Of a DNA stretch of 64,000 nt, positions 49,587 through 62,012 are shown in pieces. How positions within the stretch are numbered: position 1 is the stretch's first letter; every line of letters starts with the position of its first letter. Location: assembly GCA_051294375.1 (NCBI GenBank), contig JBJCIZ010000239.1, positions 4,010,402-4,074,401 on the forward strand, written 5' to 3'. The position numbers and the translations under genes are program-made. The notes under the pieces were generated by a model. The model did no database searches and was not told the DNA's origin. It saw nothing but the letters and a program-made list of their open reading frames with translations. Origin of the DNA: Paraspadella gotoi (Eukaryota > Animalia > Chaetognatha).

Positions 49587-52500
49587 GTTTTCTCTCTCTC
49601 TCTTTCTCTTTCTTTTTTTTTCTTTTTATCCACCACTTGTCAAACCCAACCCTTTCTTCCAATATTTATCGCCATGTAAAGCCTCCCTGCCCTCTCTCTC
49701 TCTCATCTCTCCTCCTCTCTCCTATCTCTCTCTTCTCCTCCTCCTCGTTCTCTTCTCTTCCTCCTCTCTCTCTCTTCTCCTACGAAATATTCGAGGCCAT
49801 ACCAAGGCGAAATTGTTGGGATTTGAAGCCAAATAGACTCTTGGAATTGATGATGAAAGTAGAGAGATATGAAGATGAGAGATGAGCAGAGAGATTGAGA
49901 GGAGATGAATGAGAGAGAGAGAGAGAGAGAGAGCGTGTGAACGAGAGAAACAGACAAAGAGAGAGTGAATGAAAAAGTAAAAAAAATGAAACTTACTCAA
50001 TGTCACTACAAAGTTAATGTATACTTGCAAAAATGATAAATGAAAAAAATAAATGAATAATCATTTCAATACTAAGCGATTAATCAATGAAGAATGAATG
50101 AATGTATGAATGAATAAAAGAATGAATGAATGCATGAATGAATAAAATAATGAATGTATGAATGAATTAATTAATGAATGAATAAATAAATCAAAGTGAA
50201 AAGCCAAAATTAAAAACTAACTTATTCACGAATAAAAATAAAATGAAAAAAAAACATACTTGTGCCAATATTAGTATAAACCGAATTAGTAAATAATTAA
50301 ATAATCAATTTATTAACAATTAACCTTGTGGGATTTCATGATGACGACGTCGAAACTCTTGTGAGATTTATTCTGTCAGATTTTATTTTCCGTCGGATTT
50401 AATTTTTTCTGTAGATTTATTTCGGATTTTTCATCATCGTCGACGAGATCAACGTTCGGTCATTTCCTCGTTCATTTCCTCGTTCATTTCCTCGTTCATT
50501 TCCTCGTTCATTTCCTCCTTCTCTTCTCGTTTATATATCTGGTTCCTTTGTTCGTCCCGCTGGATTCCGCGATTTCACCTGAAGAATTGAAAGAGTAAAT
50601 TAGAGTTATTAGGTGTTTATTCATTCATTAATTCATTCATTCATTTAATCATTTATTTTTTTATTTGTTCATTTGTTAATTCGTTTATTCATTTATTCAT
50701 TAATTTATAAGTTCATTCATTAATTCATTCATTCAATTTTTCATTAATTCATTCTTAATTCATAAATTTATTAATTCATTCATTCATTTCTTTCATTTAC
50801 ACTATTTGAGCTTCCAAACCGTTCGTAAAATGTCTACCTTCATATAAATAGATTAACTAATTGAGAAATATCACGTATATTTGAATCAGCAGAAATGATT
50901 TATATAAGATGTATTATGATAAAATGAACAAGAGAACGATTTAGATAAAATACTGTGAAATTTAATGTAAACAACAACAACAACAACGTAGAAATGTTTT
51001 ACAAGGAATCGACTTCCAGACGTTGAAATTACTTTCCTCCTCACTAAGACAGACTTGGCGCGTAGCTCTCTCCCTCTCTCCTCTCATCATCTCTCTCACT
51101 CTCTCTCGTCCTCTCATCTCTCTCTCTCATCCTTCTCTCTCTCTCCTCTCTCTCTCTCCTCACGGTCTCTCTCTCTCTCTCTGCAAATCTGTCTCTCTCT
51201 CTTCTCATCCCACTCTCTCTCTCACACTTTCCTCTCTCGTGCTCCACGCAAATGAAAACTAAAACCGCTCGTAATAATAAAACGCCTAAACCGCCCGTCG
51301 TGCCGCTTGAACTAAAAACCGCAACCGCTCGTCATATTGAACGTGAGAAAACCGGTTCATCCTCTCTCACTCTCTCAGTCCTCTCTCTCTCCTCCCCTCT
51401 CTCTTATCCTCCTCTCTCTTCCATCTCATCGTCTCTCTTCTCTCCTCTCTCCCTCTCTCTCTCTCTATCCCTTCATCTATCTCCCGCACGGTCCTCCTCT
51501 CCTCTCGTTCCTCATCAATCCGGTCTCGGCTCTCCCAGCTCCTCACCTCTCTCCCTCATCTCTCTCTCGCTCTCCGTCGTCTCTCTCTTCATCGCGCTCC
51601 CCTCATCTCTCCGTTCTCTCCTCCTCCCTCTCTCTCACTCTCCTCTCATCGATCTCTCCTCTCTCGCTCTCTCCTTCTTCATTCTCCTCGCTCTCAGTCT
51701 CCTTCATCCCTCCCTCTCCTCGTCTCGACCGCTGTCTCCTTCTCCTCCTCGTCCCCAGCTCTCACTCCTCCTCCTCACACTCTCGATCTCCTCTCTCTCC
51801 TCCTCCTCCTCTCTCTCACACTCTCNNNNNNNNNNNNNNNNNNNNNNNNNGAGAGACAGAGAGACAGAGAGAGAGAGAGAGACAGAGAGATGAAAAGGGA
51901 GAATTGAAGTAAAAACAAATTTAGTGGCAGACAGACTGTGTTGTTGAAACTCCAGTTTCCAAAGCGAAAAGAGATAAATTAAGGATTTTCGAAAGAAAAC
52001 AGAGAAAAGGGAAAAAGGAGCGAGTTAATAAAAGTTGAAAAAAAGCACAAAAAAATCGGGGGAAAAAAAGCAATACCAATGCGGAAAAAAAACATAAAAA
52101 AAAACAATATCAAAAGGAAAAATAAAAATAAAAATAAAAAGCAAACGGAAAAAGAAAAAAAAGGAAAAAAACAAAAACAAAAGGATGAAAAAAGCGAAAG
52201 AAAAGCAAAAGAAAAGCAAAATAGAGCGAGTGGAAAGTGAGCGAACATAAATATTCGCGCCTTCGACGACCATAAAGGAAAGTGACGCATTTCGGGGGAA
52301 CGAGATATGACGGATGTCCGAGGAAAGAGGAGAATAGATAGGAAAGAGAGTAGAAGGGAAAGAGAGAAAAGAGAGGGAGAGAGGAGAGCGGAAAGAAGAA
52401 GAGAAAAGAGAGGAGATTAGAGAGGAGAAAAAGAGAAAAAAAAAAGAAAAGAAAAAGTAAAAATAAAAAAAGAGGAGTTAAGAGGGGAAAATAGAGAGGA

Positions 52501-54335
52501 AGAGAATAGATGAGAGAGGAGAAAATGAGGAGAAAGAGAAGAAAAGATAAGAATAAAGTGAGGAGGGAAAAGAGCAGAAGAGGAGGAAAGTGAGGAAAGA
52601 TAAGAGAGAAGGAGAGAAAAGAGAGAGGAGAATTGAGAAGAAAATAGAAGAACAAAAAAGAGAAGAATAGGAGGAAAAAGAGGAGGGAAGGAGAAATGAA
52701 AGGAAGGAAGGGAAGAAAAAACAGAGAGAAAAAGAAGAATAAAGAGGAGGAAAGAAGATTAGAAAGGAGAATAAGAGGAAAAAGAGAAGAAAGTAAAAAA
52801 GAAAAGTAAAGAAGAGAGGATGAATGGAAGNNNNNNNNNNNNNNNNNNNNNNNNNNNNNNNNNNNNNNNNNNNNNNNNNNNNNNNNNNNNNNNNNNNNNN
52901 NNNNNNNNNNNNNNNNNNNNNNNNNNNNNNNNNNNNNNNNNNNNNNNNNNNNNNNNNNNNNNNNNNNNNNNNNNNNNNNNNNNNNNNNNNNNNNNNNNNN
53001 NNNNNNNNNNNNNNNNNNNNNNNNNNNNNNNNNNNNNNNNNNNNNNNNNNNNNNNNNNGAATGGTTGAGTTGTATATTGTCAGTTTCGGGCTAAACACAA
53101 AAGTGACAGCTGTAACAAATGTAAGAAACTGAGAGAAGAAAAGAAAAGAAAGGAAAAGAAAAGAAAGGAAAAGAANNNNNNNNNNNNNNNNNNNNNNNNN
53201 NNNNNNNNNNNNNNNNNNNNNNNNNNNNNNNNNNNNNNNNNNNNNNNNNNNNNNNNNNNNNNNNNNNNNNNNNNNNNNNNNNNNNNNNNNNNNNNNNNNN
53301 NNNNNNNNNNNNNNNNNNNNNNNNNNNNNNNNNNNNNNNNNNNNNNNNNNNNNNNNNNNNNNNNNNNNNNNNNNNNNNNNNNNNNNNNNNNNNNNNNNNN
53401 NNNNNNNNNNNNNNNNNNNNNNNNNNNNNNNNNNNNNNNNNNNNNNNNNNNNNNNNNNNNNNNNNNNNNNNNNNNNNNNNAAAAAGAAAGAAAGAGATAG
53501 ATAGAGAGAAAGAAGCAGTGTGAGAAGGAGAGAGAAAACGAGAGTGAGAGAAAAAAAGCAAAAGAGAAAGAGCGAGAGACCGAGAGAGATTAGGATGCAA
53601 GCAAGCGGGATTTACTCTCGAGACATATTTACGATTTACTTGCTGCCATATTTTTATGGATCGATTTTTACGCGCGGCCTAGCGAGANNNNNNNNNNNNN
53701 NNNNNNNNNNNNNNNNNNNNNNNNNNNNNNNNNNNNNNNNNNNNNNNNNNNNNNNNNNNNNNNNNNNNNNNNNNNNNNNNNNNNNNNNNNNNNNNNNNNN
53801 NNNNNNNNNNNNNNNNNNNNNNNNNNNNNNNNNNNNNNNNNNNNNNNNNNNNNNNNNTATAAAGAGATACGAGCATTTCCCGTCAAAATTAGTGGTTCCA
53901 GCGGAACAAGAAGAGAGAGAAGGAAGGATATTTCCTCAAGAATGAGAAAAATAATTCTTAACGATAACCATAATTGATAATTAGTTTCAATTGTTCACTT
54001 TTGTTCATTTTTAAATTTTTTTTTGTTTAAAAACGAGAACCGACAATTTCAAAATGTTACGGCCGCTTATTAATCGAATTAATGTAGTATTAATTTCATC
54101 ATAAGCATTCACAACCTTAGGATAGATCGACGAACAGAACGACCGACCGACCGACCGAAAGCTGCTCGGCACAACTTGAGATGTTATTCCTGGAATTGTT
54201 CAAACCTAATGCTCAGTTGTAATAAATGTATAAAGCAATCATGACCGCAGGGAATGCGTATCATTATAGTTTAACTATTAATTTCCTACGATGTTAATTC
54301 ACTACTTAATTAGTTGAAAACCTTAAATGAAACCA

Positions 54336-54570
54336 TGTGGATAGGGCGCTAAGTGGGCTGAAGATGACTGTCCGTAACTTCTATAACTCCCTCTAGCAGC
54401 CATGGAACTTGGGCTTGGAACCAGGCTTGAGGGTTTTCCACGCCCCCAATGCGGCTTACGGGCGTCCTCACACTTTCCACAGGGTAGGTACCGGGTAGGG
54501 ATTGAACCCGGCACCTAGTGGTCATGAGCTGATGGCTTTACTCAATGAGCCAACGGGTCACGACTGAAGG
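54336..54570 (-). mobile_element. tRNA-derived SINE with twister-like body (second copy)
   Basis: The reverse strand reads GACCCGTTGGCTCATTGAGTAAAGCCATCAGCTCATGACCACTAGGTGCCGGGTTCAATCCCTACCCGG, with A box TGGCTCATTGAG, B box GGTTCAATCC and a tRNA-Met-like CAT loop. The body is shared with 56973-57207. Confidence 0.8.
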
Positions 54571-55371
54571 TGTCATGCTTAGAGGCGGGGTGAACTTTGC
54601 TATTCCCGACTACAACCATACTATGTAATTAATGCCATCAAAGAATAAAACATAATTAAAATTGACTAAATTCACATGTATTAATGGACAAAAAACATAA
54701 TTGACAAAAAAAAAGAATACAATTTAAGAGTCAATACAAAAAATTACAAGACAGACATTGGAGATTAAGGCGTAGTGAAAGTTTCAGATTATAATTCGAA
54801 TATTTGATCATGAACAGTATTGTAGTAAAAAGTATTATTAGTCTAAAAAATAAATAAAGGAATATAAAAGTCTTAATTAAAAATTATTTTATTAAGTTAA
54901 CTAAAAATTAAAAAAGTTATATTTTTAAAACTACAATTAAATTTGACAGTTAATTATATTACTTTCATAAGATCTTGACCCACTTAAAATAATTTTCTAA
55001 AAAGAATTATATTTTCCTTTAACAACTTTTCCTTCAAAACAATTTTGACATTTTCCATGGTGAGTACTATACATAAATATATATATGGGTTACTGTAAAA
55101 ATTAAAAAAAATATAAAATATTTATTTTTATTTAAAAATGTTATCAGGTTTAAGCCTGTTCATGATCGACTATTCGAATTTTAATTCTACTTGATTTTTA
55201 AATTTTTACTACACTATTTGAAATTTTACCAATTTGCAATACAAAAAAAAAAAAACCAAACAAACATTTATGTACATTTACAACGAATATTCATTCACAA
55301 CCAAATAAAGACAATCCCGCATAATTTCTTTTCGTCCATTGTACACGTCGAGTCTCAAAACGTTCACAAGA

Positions 55372-55470
55372 TCACGAGTTGGCGGATTCACAAGCGTCAA
55401 TCCATTCACTGAAGACGTCCAGCGGTTCCGAGAGATAATTGATCGAGCATTGGTAATCCTCCAAGCAAGT
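55372..55470 (-). CDS. ELOF1: ELOF1/Elf1, exon 2 (terminal)
   Basis: The acceptor tttgcacag| is followed by [32 protein letters not shown] (99 nt). Splicing completes the second CxxC of the zinc ribbon (C-Q|T-C) and the conserved YLSEP.DV.S.WIDACE tail. Total 83 aa, with a 303-nt GT-AG intron. Confidence 0.97.
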   Translation of the reverse strand, partial: TCLEDYQCSINYLSEPLDVFSEWIDACESANS

Positions 55471-55574
55471 CTGTGCAAATGAGGGGGGGGGTTAAAGAAA
55501 AGGCATTTGAGGAATTTAAATAGTGTATGATGATTGACTCAATTGTGTAGCGCGAAAAGAGTTAAACTTGGAAG

Positions 55575-55700
55575 TGGGTTAGAGACAAGGTAAGGGATTA
55601 AGGTCGGGGTTGTGGTTTTTAGTTGGGGAATATCTTTTAGGGTTAAAGGTAAGGGTTCAAAACTAAGGATAAGGTTAGGGTTCGGGATTAGGACCCCTTA
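55575..55700 (+). repeat. Degenerate (TTAGGG)n array inside the ELOF1 intron
   Basis: gggttag...taagggattaagg...ttagggttaaaggtaaggg...ggttagggttcgggattagg. Confidence 0.6.
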
Positions 55701-55773
55701 AGGTTCTCTCGACTTTACGAAGGGCGTCTACCCACTCCTCGTAAGCCACTGGTCATACTTCGAAACCACTCAC

Positions 55774-55926
55774 CTGGCACCGAATGTGTCCGACCTTCCT
55801 TTGTCGATCCATCTTAACGTCGCAGGATTTTTTGTGATTGCAAAAGGGACAATCGAAGAGAACGTCCAATGGAACAACGATTTTCTGTCGCGGTGGCGGT
55901 TTACGATTCGAACGACGTCGACCCAT
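55774..55926 (-). CDS. ELOF1: Transcription elongation factor 1 homolog (ELOF1/Elf1), exon 1
   Basis: The reverse strand from ATG at 55926 reads [51 protein letters not shown] (153 nt, phase 0) and ends at the donor CAG|gtgagt. This matches the Elf1 signature MGRRK..RKPPP...[16 protein letters not shown]. Confidence 0.97.
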
Positions 55927-56313
55927 TATATATTATATATTATTATATATAATAGATATCCGCGGTGGGTAAGTTAGAGAGAAATAGAAAAGGTAAGTTT
56001 TTTTCGTGGCGAAGGTCGTAGGGATATTTAGTGAGGCGAGGGCAGTTCGTTTTTTTTAGTCGATAATTGGGATTTTATTTGATTGAAAACGAGGATTTTT
56101 TTTTTGAAGGAGGATTAAGATTTAAAAATTGTTCAATCTTTTATTTATTTTTGTTCGTGTTTTGATACAATTGAAACTAAAAACGAATTTTGTTATAATT
56201 TCATCTAATCAGCGACAATCAATGTAACAAACGGAAATGTGTATATAGCGGTAGTTTTCAAGGCCGCAAAAATAAGGAGAGAGAGAGAGAGAGTAGAGAG
56301 AGAGAGAAGAGAG

Positions 56314-56356
<43 letters not shown>

Positions 56357-56972
56357 CAGTTATTTCATTAAACGTTGTTGTTGTGTAAATGAAATTAAAA
56401 CAATCGTTTTGGTTAAAACTGATTTTTCGACGACTTGAAAATTAATTTACGGCACAATTAACAAAGTTCCATACAAAAAAAGGCGATTTTTTTCTTAAAG
56501 ATATGTTTTTTTTCCGCTATTGACAGTTTCACCCTTTCACAGTTTCACAAAATCAACAGTTTGTGAAACAAAAAACCGAGGAGCCAGATTTATTTCGTGA
56601 GGCAGTGAGAAAGTTCCTTTGTTCCTATTAACCATGGAATAGCTCTCGGTTGGCACTCATTCCATCGATTAGGTAACCCAAATTTGGGCAGAATTAACGA
56701 TGACACAACGCGTGATTCGTTACGAGCGACGGCACCAAAAAATAAATGGTCTGATCGTCGGTGACAGCATTGTTTTGGTCGCGGCCAAAATCTGCTGCTG
56801 CGCGGCGGCTGGGCGGCTGGCTGCAGCGGAGAGGGGGAAGCGGGGTAGCTGGTGGGATTGGATGGATGGATGGATGGATGGATGGAAGGATGGATGGATT
56901 GGATGGATGGATGGATGGATGGATGGATGGATGGATGGATGGATATTGAGTCGGGCAATGCATAAGTTCACC

Positions 56973-57207
56973 CCTTCAGTCGTGACCCGATGGCCCATTG
57001 AGTAAAGCCATCAGCTAACAAGGTACCAGGTTAAATCCCAACCCGGTACCTACCCTGCGGGAAGCGTGAGGACGGCCGTAAGCCGCCTTGGGGGCGTGGA
57101 AAACCCTCAAGCCTGGTTCCAAGCCCAGGACCCGTTCCATGGATGCTAGAGGGTGTTAAAGAAGTTGCGGATAGCACTCTTCAGCCCCACTTCTCGCCTT
57201 ATCCACA
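56973..57207 (+). mobile_element. tRNA-derived SINE with twister-like body
   Basis: Head GACCCGATGGCCCATTGAGTAAAGCC...GGTTAAATCC carries Pol III A- and B-box-like motifs. The element is clearly homologous over about 235 bp to the inverted copy at 54336-54570. Confidence 0.8.
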
Positions 57208-57312
57208 GACAGATGAATGTGTTGATGCTTTGTGGATGAACCAAATATAATTGGATAACCATTAGTTGGCGGGATCCGTCTAAAATATTAAACTATTTTT
57301 GCAATATTTTTA

Positions 57313-57372
<60 letters not shown>

Positions 57373-57821
57373 GAGAGGAGAGAGTGGAATTTTCCAAACG
57401 ATCGTCTCGTGGATTTAGAAAGAAAAAAAAAAAAGAATTCAAAAACCTGAAGCGAGAATTTCTGGATTGAAAGATCATGAATAGTGAATCGCTTATTTCC
57501 AGAAATGTTGAGAAAGATAGGAAAAAGAGATAGGTATAGAGAGGTTAAAAAGACATGCGTAGAATAGTAGGTAAGAGAGATAGGTAAAGACGGTAAAGTA
57601 TGTTAAAAAAAAGTCGGTTAGCGACAAAAGTTAGGTAAAATTAAATATAAATCGCTGAAACAAGTATGAAAGGTACAGATTACAAAAGAAAGTAAAGATA
57701 AAAAGGATAAGTAAAAAAAATCCCTCGCGGTTTAAGATCGCTGCAGTTATATAGGCCAAAATATTAGAAGAAAAAAATAGGTAAAAAGTTAAGGCGAAAG
57801 AAGCAAGGTGAATGATATTGT

Positions 57822-57925
57822 TATGTCATTATCTTGTAAGAGTGTTGGAGGCCTTAAACTACCAAAGCCTGTCCAATGTCAGGGGCAAGATAGCTTATTT
57901 ATTAAATGAATGAATAATTTTTATA
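57822..57925 (+). repeat. Dispersed repeat family, copy
   Basis: TATGTCATTATCTTGTAAGAGTGTTGGAGG...CAAAGCCTGTCCAATGTCAGGGGCAAGATAGCTTATTTATT. Confidence 0.7.
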
Positions 57926-58439
57926 TAAAAGTAGGTATAAAATAGTAAGCAAAATCAAATCTTTAAATTTTCTAAATCAACTGTGAAAAAAAAGGTCGTT
58001 GGATGTCACCCCTAAACTATTTGTTTAGAAACTGCGGTTATTATTGGTTAAAAAGGAAAAATAATTTTCGTTTTCAAAATGTCGATAAAACATCGGACAA
58101 CACCTCCTACCATACAAACGAAAATAGGCNNNNNNNNNNTAAAAAAATATATATGGGAGATTGAGCCGGTAGGCGGAGTTATTCAGAAAATGGGAAAGAA
58201 TCTTCTCGAAGGAAAAACTCGCCTCTTTCTGTTTTTCTTATTTTCCTTTTATCTTTATTTTTTTCCCTTTTTTTTATGGCATTGTGTTTTGTTTCTTTCT
58301 TTTTTCTTGTTTTTCTTTTGTTTCGCGCATTTTTAATTTTTCGCTACGTCGTCGCATTTTCTTTTCTTAATCCTCCATCCCTTCCTTTACTTATGTTCAT
58401 CTCTCCTTTTCTCTCTCTCTCCCTCTCTCTCCCTTCCTT

Positions 58440-58482
<43 letters not shown>

Positions 58483-59254
58483 TCCTTCATCATTTATTCA
58501 TCCCAATTTTCCCGCCATTCAGTTACTTGATCGATTCTTTCAACAGATGTGACGCATTTTTATTTTATTGTTTTGACTTTTTTTTCGCGGCTTAAAAATC
58601 CCAGAACGAAATGAAAATAAAAAAAGGAAATATATATATACATATCTGCTATTTTCGTCACAGTGTATTGTCTTCAGATGTGGCACAGTGACCAACTGGA
58701 GAATAAGATTGTGTAACTTAATAACGGAAACAGAAGTTTTTAATTTTGTTTTTTTGTAATTTTTTATGACATAAAAATTTATCCCCTCTGCTTGTTGTAA
58801 ATAACTTTAATTTAAAATTTTTAAAAAATCAAAAATCAAAAAACAAAATAAAGATTGCCAAATGATTCAATATTAAAATAGGATATTCTACTTACTGACT
58901 TTGGACAGGGGAAGGTTATTTAGTTAAGGTCTTTGTTCCCTCTTACCCGCAAGTTTCTAATAACACAGTTATTAACATTCTCTTTCACAGTTCAGTTTAT
59001 GATCTCTCAGAGCAACTGGCTTCCCTATCAAAGTCATAAAATTTCAATGCACTCTCACTCTCTCTCTCTCTTTCTCTCTCTCTCACTTCCAAAAATGTAA
59101 CATTCTTCCCTTTTTTACTCCCTATTCTTTTCTTTTGTCTTTTTGTCTTTTTTCTCCTTTCTTTTTTCCAATTTCCTATCTTTTTATTCACATTTCCTTC
59201 TTTACTTGTTTTTCCTCCTCTAATTTCCTATTTTTCATTTGCTAAGTTTTCTTC

Positions 59255-59307
<53 letters not shown>

Positions 59308-59695
59308 ACTCACTCGATTCGCTTCGTGTCCTGTCGAGAACTCCTCTTCTAATCTTTCCCTCTTTCACTTCCTTTCCTCTCATTCTCCCTCTCCCCCCTT
59401 TCCTCCCTTCCCTCTTCTTCCTCCTCCTTCACCTCCTCCTCCTCTTCCTCCTCCTAGCGGATCAAAGCCTCCTCCATCACTCTTCACTCTCGCGTTCAAT
59501 ACGTCTCGTTTGCGGTTCACTTTTAGGACCACGTTTTTAAAAAATTCATTTATTAAAAATTTTAATTTACTGATAACTTTGGTTATTTTTTATAATATTA
59601 AAATTAAATCAATTGAATAAAATAAATATTTATAAAAATATAAATAATTTAAACAAAAAATTAAGTTAAAACAAAATTTTTTTTTAAAAAGTATT

Positions 59696-60137
59696 ATAAG
59701 AATTTAAAAGTTACTGATTTTATACCACATTGACGTTTTATTTATTTTATAGAATTTAAACAAAATTACAAAACCTGTAATTCTATTAGTTTAAAACAAA
59801 ATTTAAAATAAAATTATACATTTATAACCTGTTTAAAAAATCATAAAAAAGCTGACTCTGAAAAGCATTAGTTATGCGCATTTATAAAATTTAAATAAAC
59901 AGAATGATTAGCAGATAGACTGACTAAAAGGTAACCTATGATATTGATACAACTTTACACAATAAATAACTTTGAATTTTGACGTATGCCCTTTCGCTGT
60001 TCCGCTGGTTTTTTTCGAAGACTGTTGCTAAGGAAAGGCAAGGGTTTCCATGGGGACGGTTGTCACGGTTGCTATGGTTGCCATGGTAATGGTCGCCTAG
60101 AAACGGTTTTTCCGGCGCTCTCGGCGATTCTTGGTGT

Positions 60138-60178
<41 letters not shown>

Positions 60179-60624
60179 AAGAATTTAAAAGTTACTGATT
60201 TTATACCACATTGACGTTTTATTTATTTTATAGAATTTAAACAAAATTACAAAACCTGTAATTCTATTAGTTTAAAACAAAATTTAAAATAAAATTATAC
60301 ATTTATAAACCTGTTTAAAAAATCATAAAAAAGCTGACTCTGAAAAGCATTAGTTATGCGCATTATAAAATTTAAATAAACAGAATGATTTGCAGAATAG
60401 ACTGACTAAAAGGTAACTTATGATATTGATACAACTTTACACAATAAATAACTTTGGAATTTTTGACGTATGCCCTTTCGCTGTTCCGCTGGTTTTTTTC
60501 GAAGACTGTTGCTAAGGAAAGCAAGGGTTTCCATGGGGACGGTTGTCACGGTTGCTATGGTTGCCATGGTAATGGTCGCCTAGAACGGTTTTTCCGGCGC
60601 TCTCGGCGATTCTTGGTGTAGAGA

Positions 60625-60660
<36 letters not shown>
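59696..60660 (+). repeat. ~480-bp near-identical tandem duplication (probable assembly artefact)
   Basis: 59696-60176 is repeated at 60177-60660. Differences are almost all single-base indels, the junction lies in a (GA)n run, and a 25-N gap is nearby. Confidence 0.8.
60024..60104. promoter_or_regulatory. Cluster of RFX X-box motifs
   Basis: GTTGCTAAGGAAAG (60024), GTTTCCATGGGGAC (60044), GTTGCTATGGTTGC (60068), GTTGCCATGGTAAT (60077) and GTCGCCTAGAAAC (60092), compared with the consensus GTYNCY-AT-RGNAAC. Repeated at about 60508-60586. Confidence 0.6.
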
Positions 60661-60689
<29 letters not shown>

Positions 60690-61926
60690 CGAGAGAGAGA
60701 GAGGAGCTTTCATGGGAAAAAGGCGGCGAAACAGGACGAAAATGAAATAATGGAAGAGGAAAGGCAGACAAAGTGGAGTCTGAGATAGANNNNNNNNNNN
60801 NNNNNNNNNNNNNNAGAGAGAGGAGAGAGAGAGAACCAGAGAGAGAGAGGGCTTTCATGGGAAAAAGGCGGCGAAACAGGACGAAAATGAAATAATGGAA
60901 GAGGAAAGGCAGACAAAGTGGAGTCTGAGATAGGGGAGAAGAGAGAGAGAGAGAGAGAGAGAGAAGAGAGAGAGAGAAGAGGAAGACATAAAGAGAGAAG
61001 AGAGAGAGAAAGAAAGAGAGAAAAAGAGAGAAAGCAAAAGAAAGAGGGAGAAAGAAAAAAGAGAGAGAAAGAGAGAGAGAGAGGGGGAGAGAGTTGTAAA
61101 CAAAAAGAAACCCTGGTAATAAAGAAAAAATTAAACCTGTTCCTTGATACAGTCAAGAAGTAAATATGTCTACATAAATAAATTAGTAAAGGAAGAAAAA
61201 GCATCTGGAAATATTCAGAGTTAGGCAAGAGGGGGAGAAAAGAAAAATTTTAAAAAAAGAGACTAATGGAAATGGAAATTAAAGAGAAATGGAGAGACAG
61301 AACAGACAGACAGACAATGGAAAAAAAATGATTATTGAATAATGTAAAAAGAAAGGTTTATTCTAGAAAAGAAAAATTAAAATGGGAAAATGGAAATAAG
61401 AATAAAAAAAGGTAGAAAGATTAAATGGAGAACTTAAGTAAAAATGGAAAAATTAGGAAAAGAGTAACAAAAGACAATGGGTGAAAATGGGGGAAAATAT
61501 TAAAGAATAGGTTAAAGGGAAAACAGAAAATGGGAAAAGAAATGGTTAGAAAAGGAAAAAATAGAAGAAAATATATATTAAAAAAGAACGGTAATTCCAA
61601 TGTGTTGCGCCGCAGTGACTTTATTTTCACTATTGATCATATGATATGACATGACATGATAAGACATAACAAAAAAAACTTTATTCTGCCTGTGCATTTA
61701 TGATATGTACTGCATCAAAATTCTGTCTTTTATTCTTTATAGTTTTAGGAATTCCTGAAGGCCGGCGCTAGCAGTCCCTTAGCTCCTTTTATCTTTACTG
61801 ATAAAGGCGTGGATATCTCTCAAACTGGAGTTGGAATCAGCTCAGCTATGAGTAATGGATGCAGGAAAGATAGTTTGTATCCCTATTTGAGCGGTTTTTA
61901 AATTTTTTTAAAAAATTGTATCTTTA

Positions 61927-62012
61927 ACCGACCGACCCTGGGACGACTGACAGACCGACCGAAAAGTGACTTATAGAGTTGCTCCGCGAGTACTCGCAGA
62001 CGCAACTAAAAA
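61927..62012 (-). mobile_element. HINE/Helentron-like element (second copy)
   Basis: The reverse strand reads TTTTTAGTTGCGTCTGCGAGTACTCGCGGAGCAACTCTATAAGTCACTTTTCGGTCGGTCTGTC. Confidence 0.6.

Noticed and set aside
54490-54560. tRNA-Met gene
   Set aside because: The acceptor and anticodon stems do not pair properly, and it is fused to a repeated body, so it is a SINE head.
60690-60935. Direct repeat either side of the gap at 60790 (similar at 3990/4351 and 44006/44066)
   Set aside because: Overlapping contig ends duplicated across gaps.
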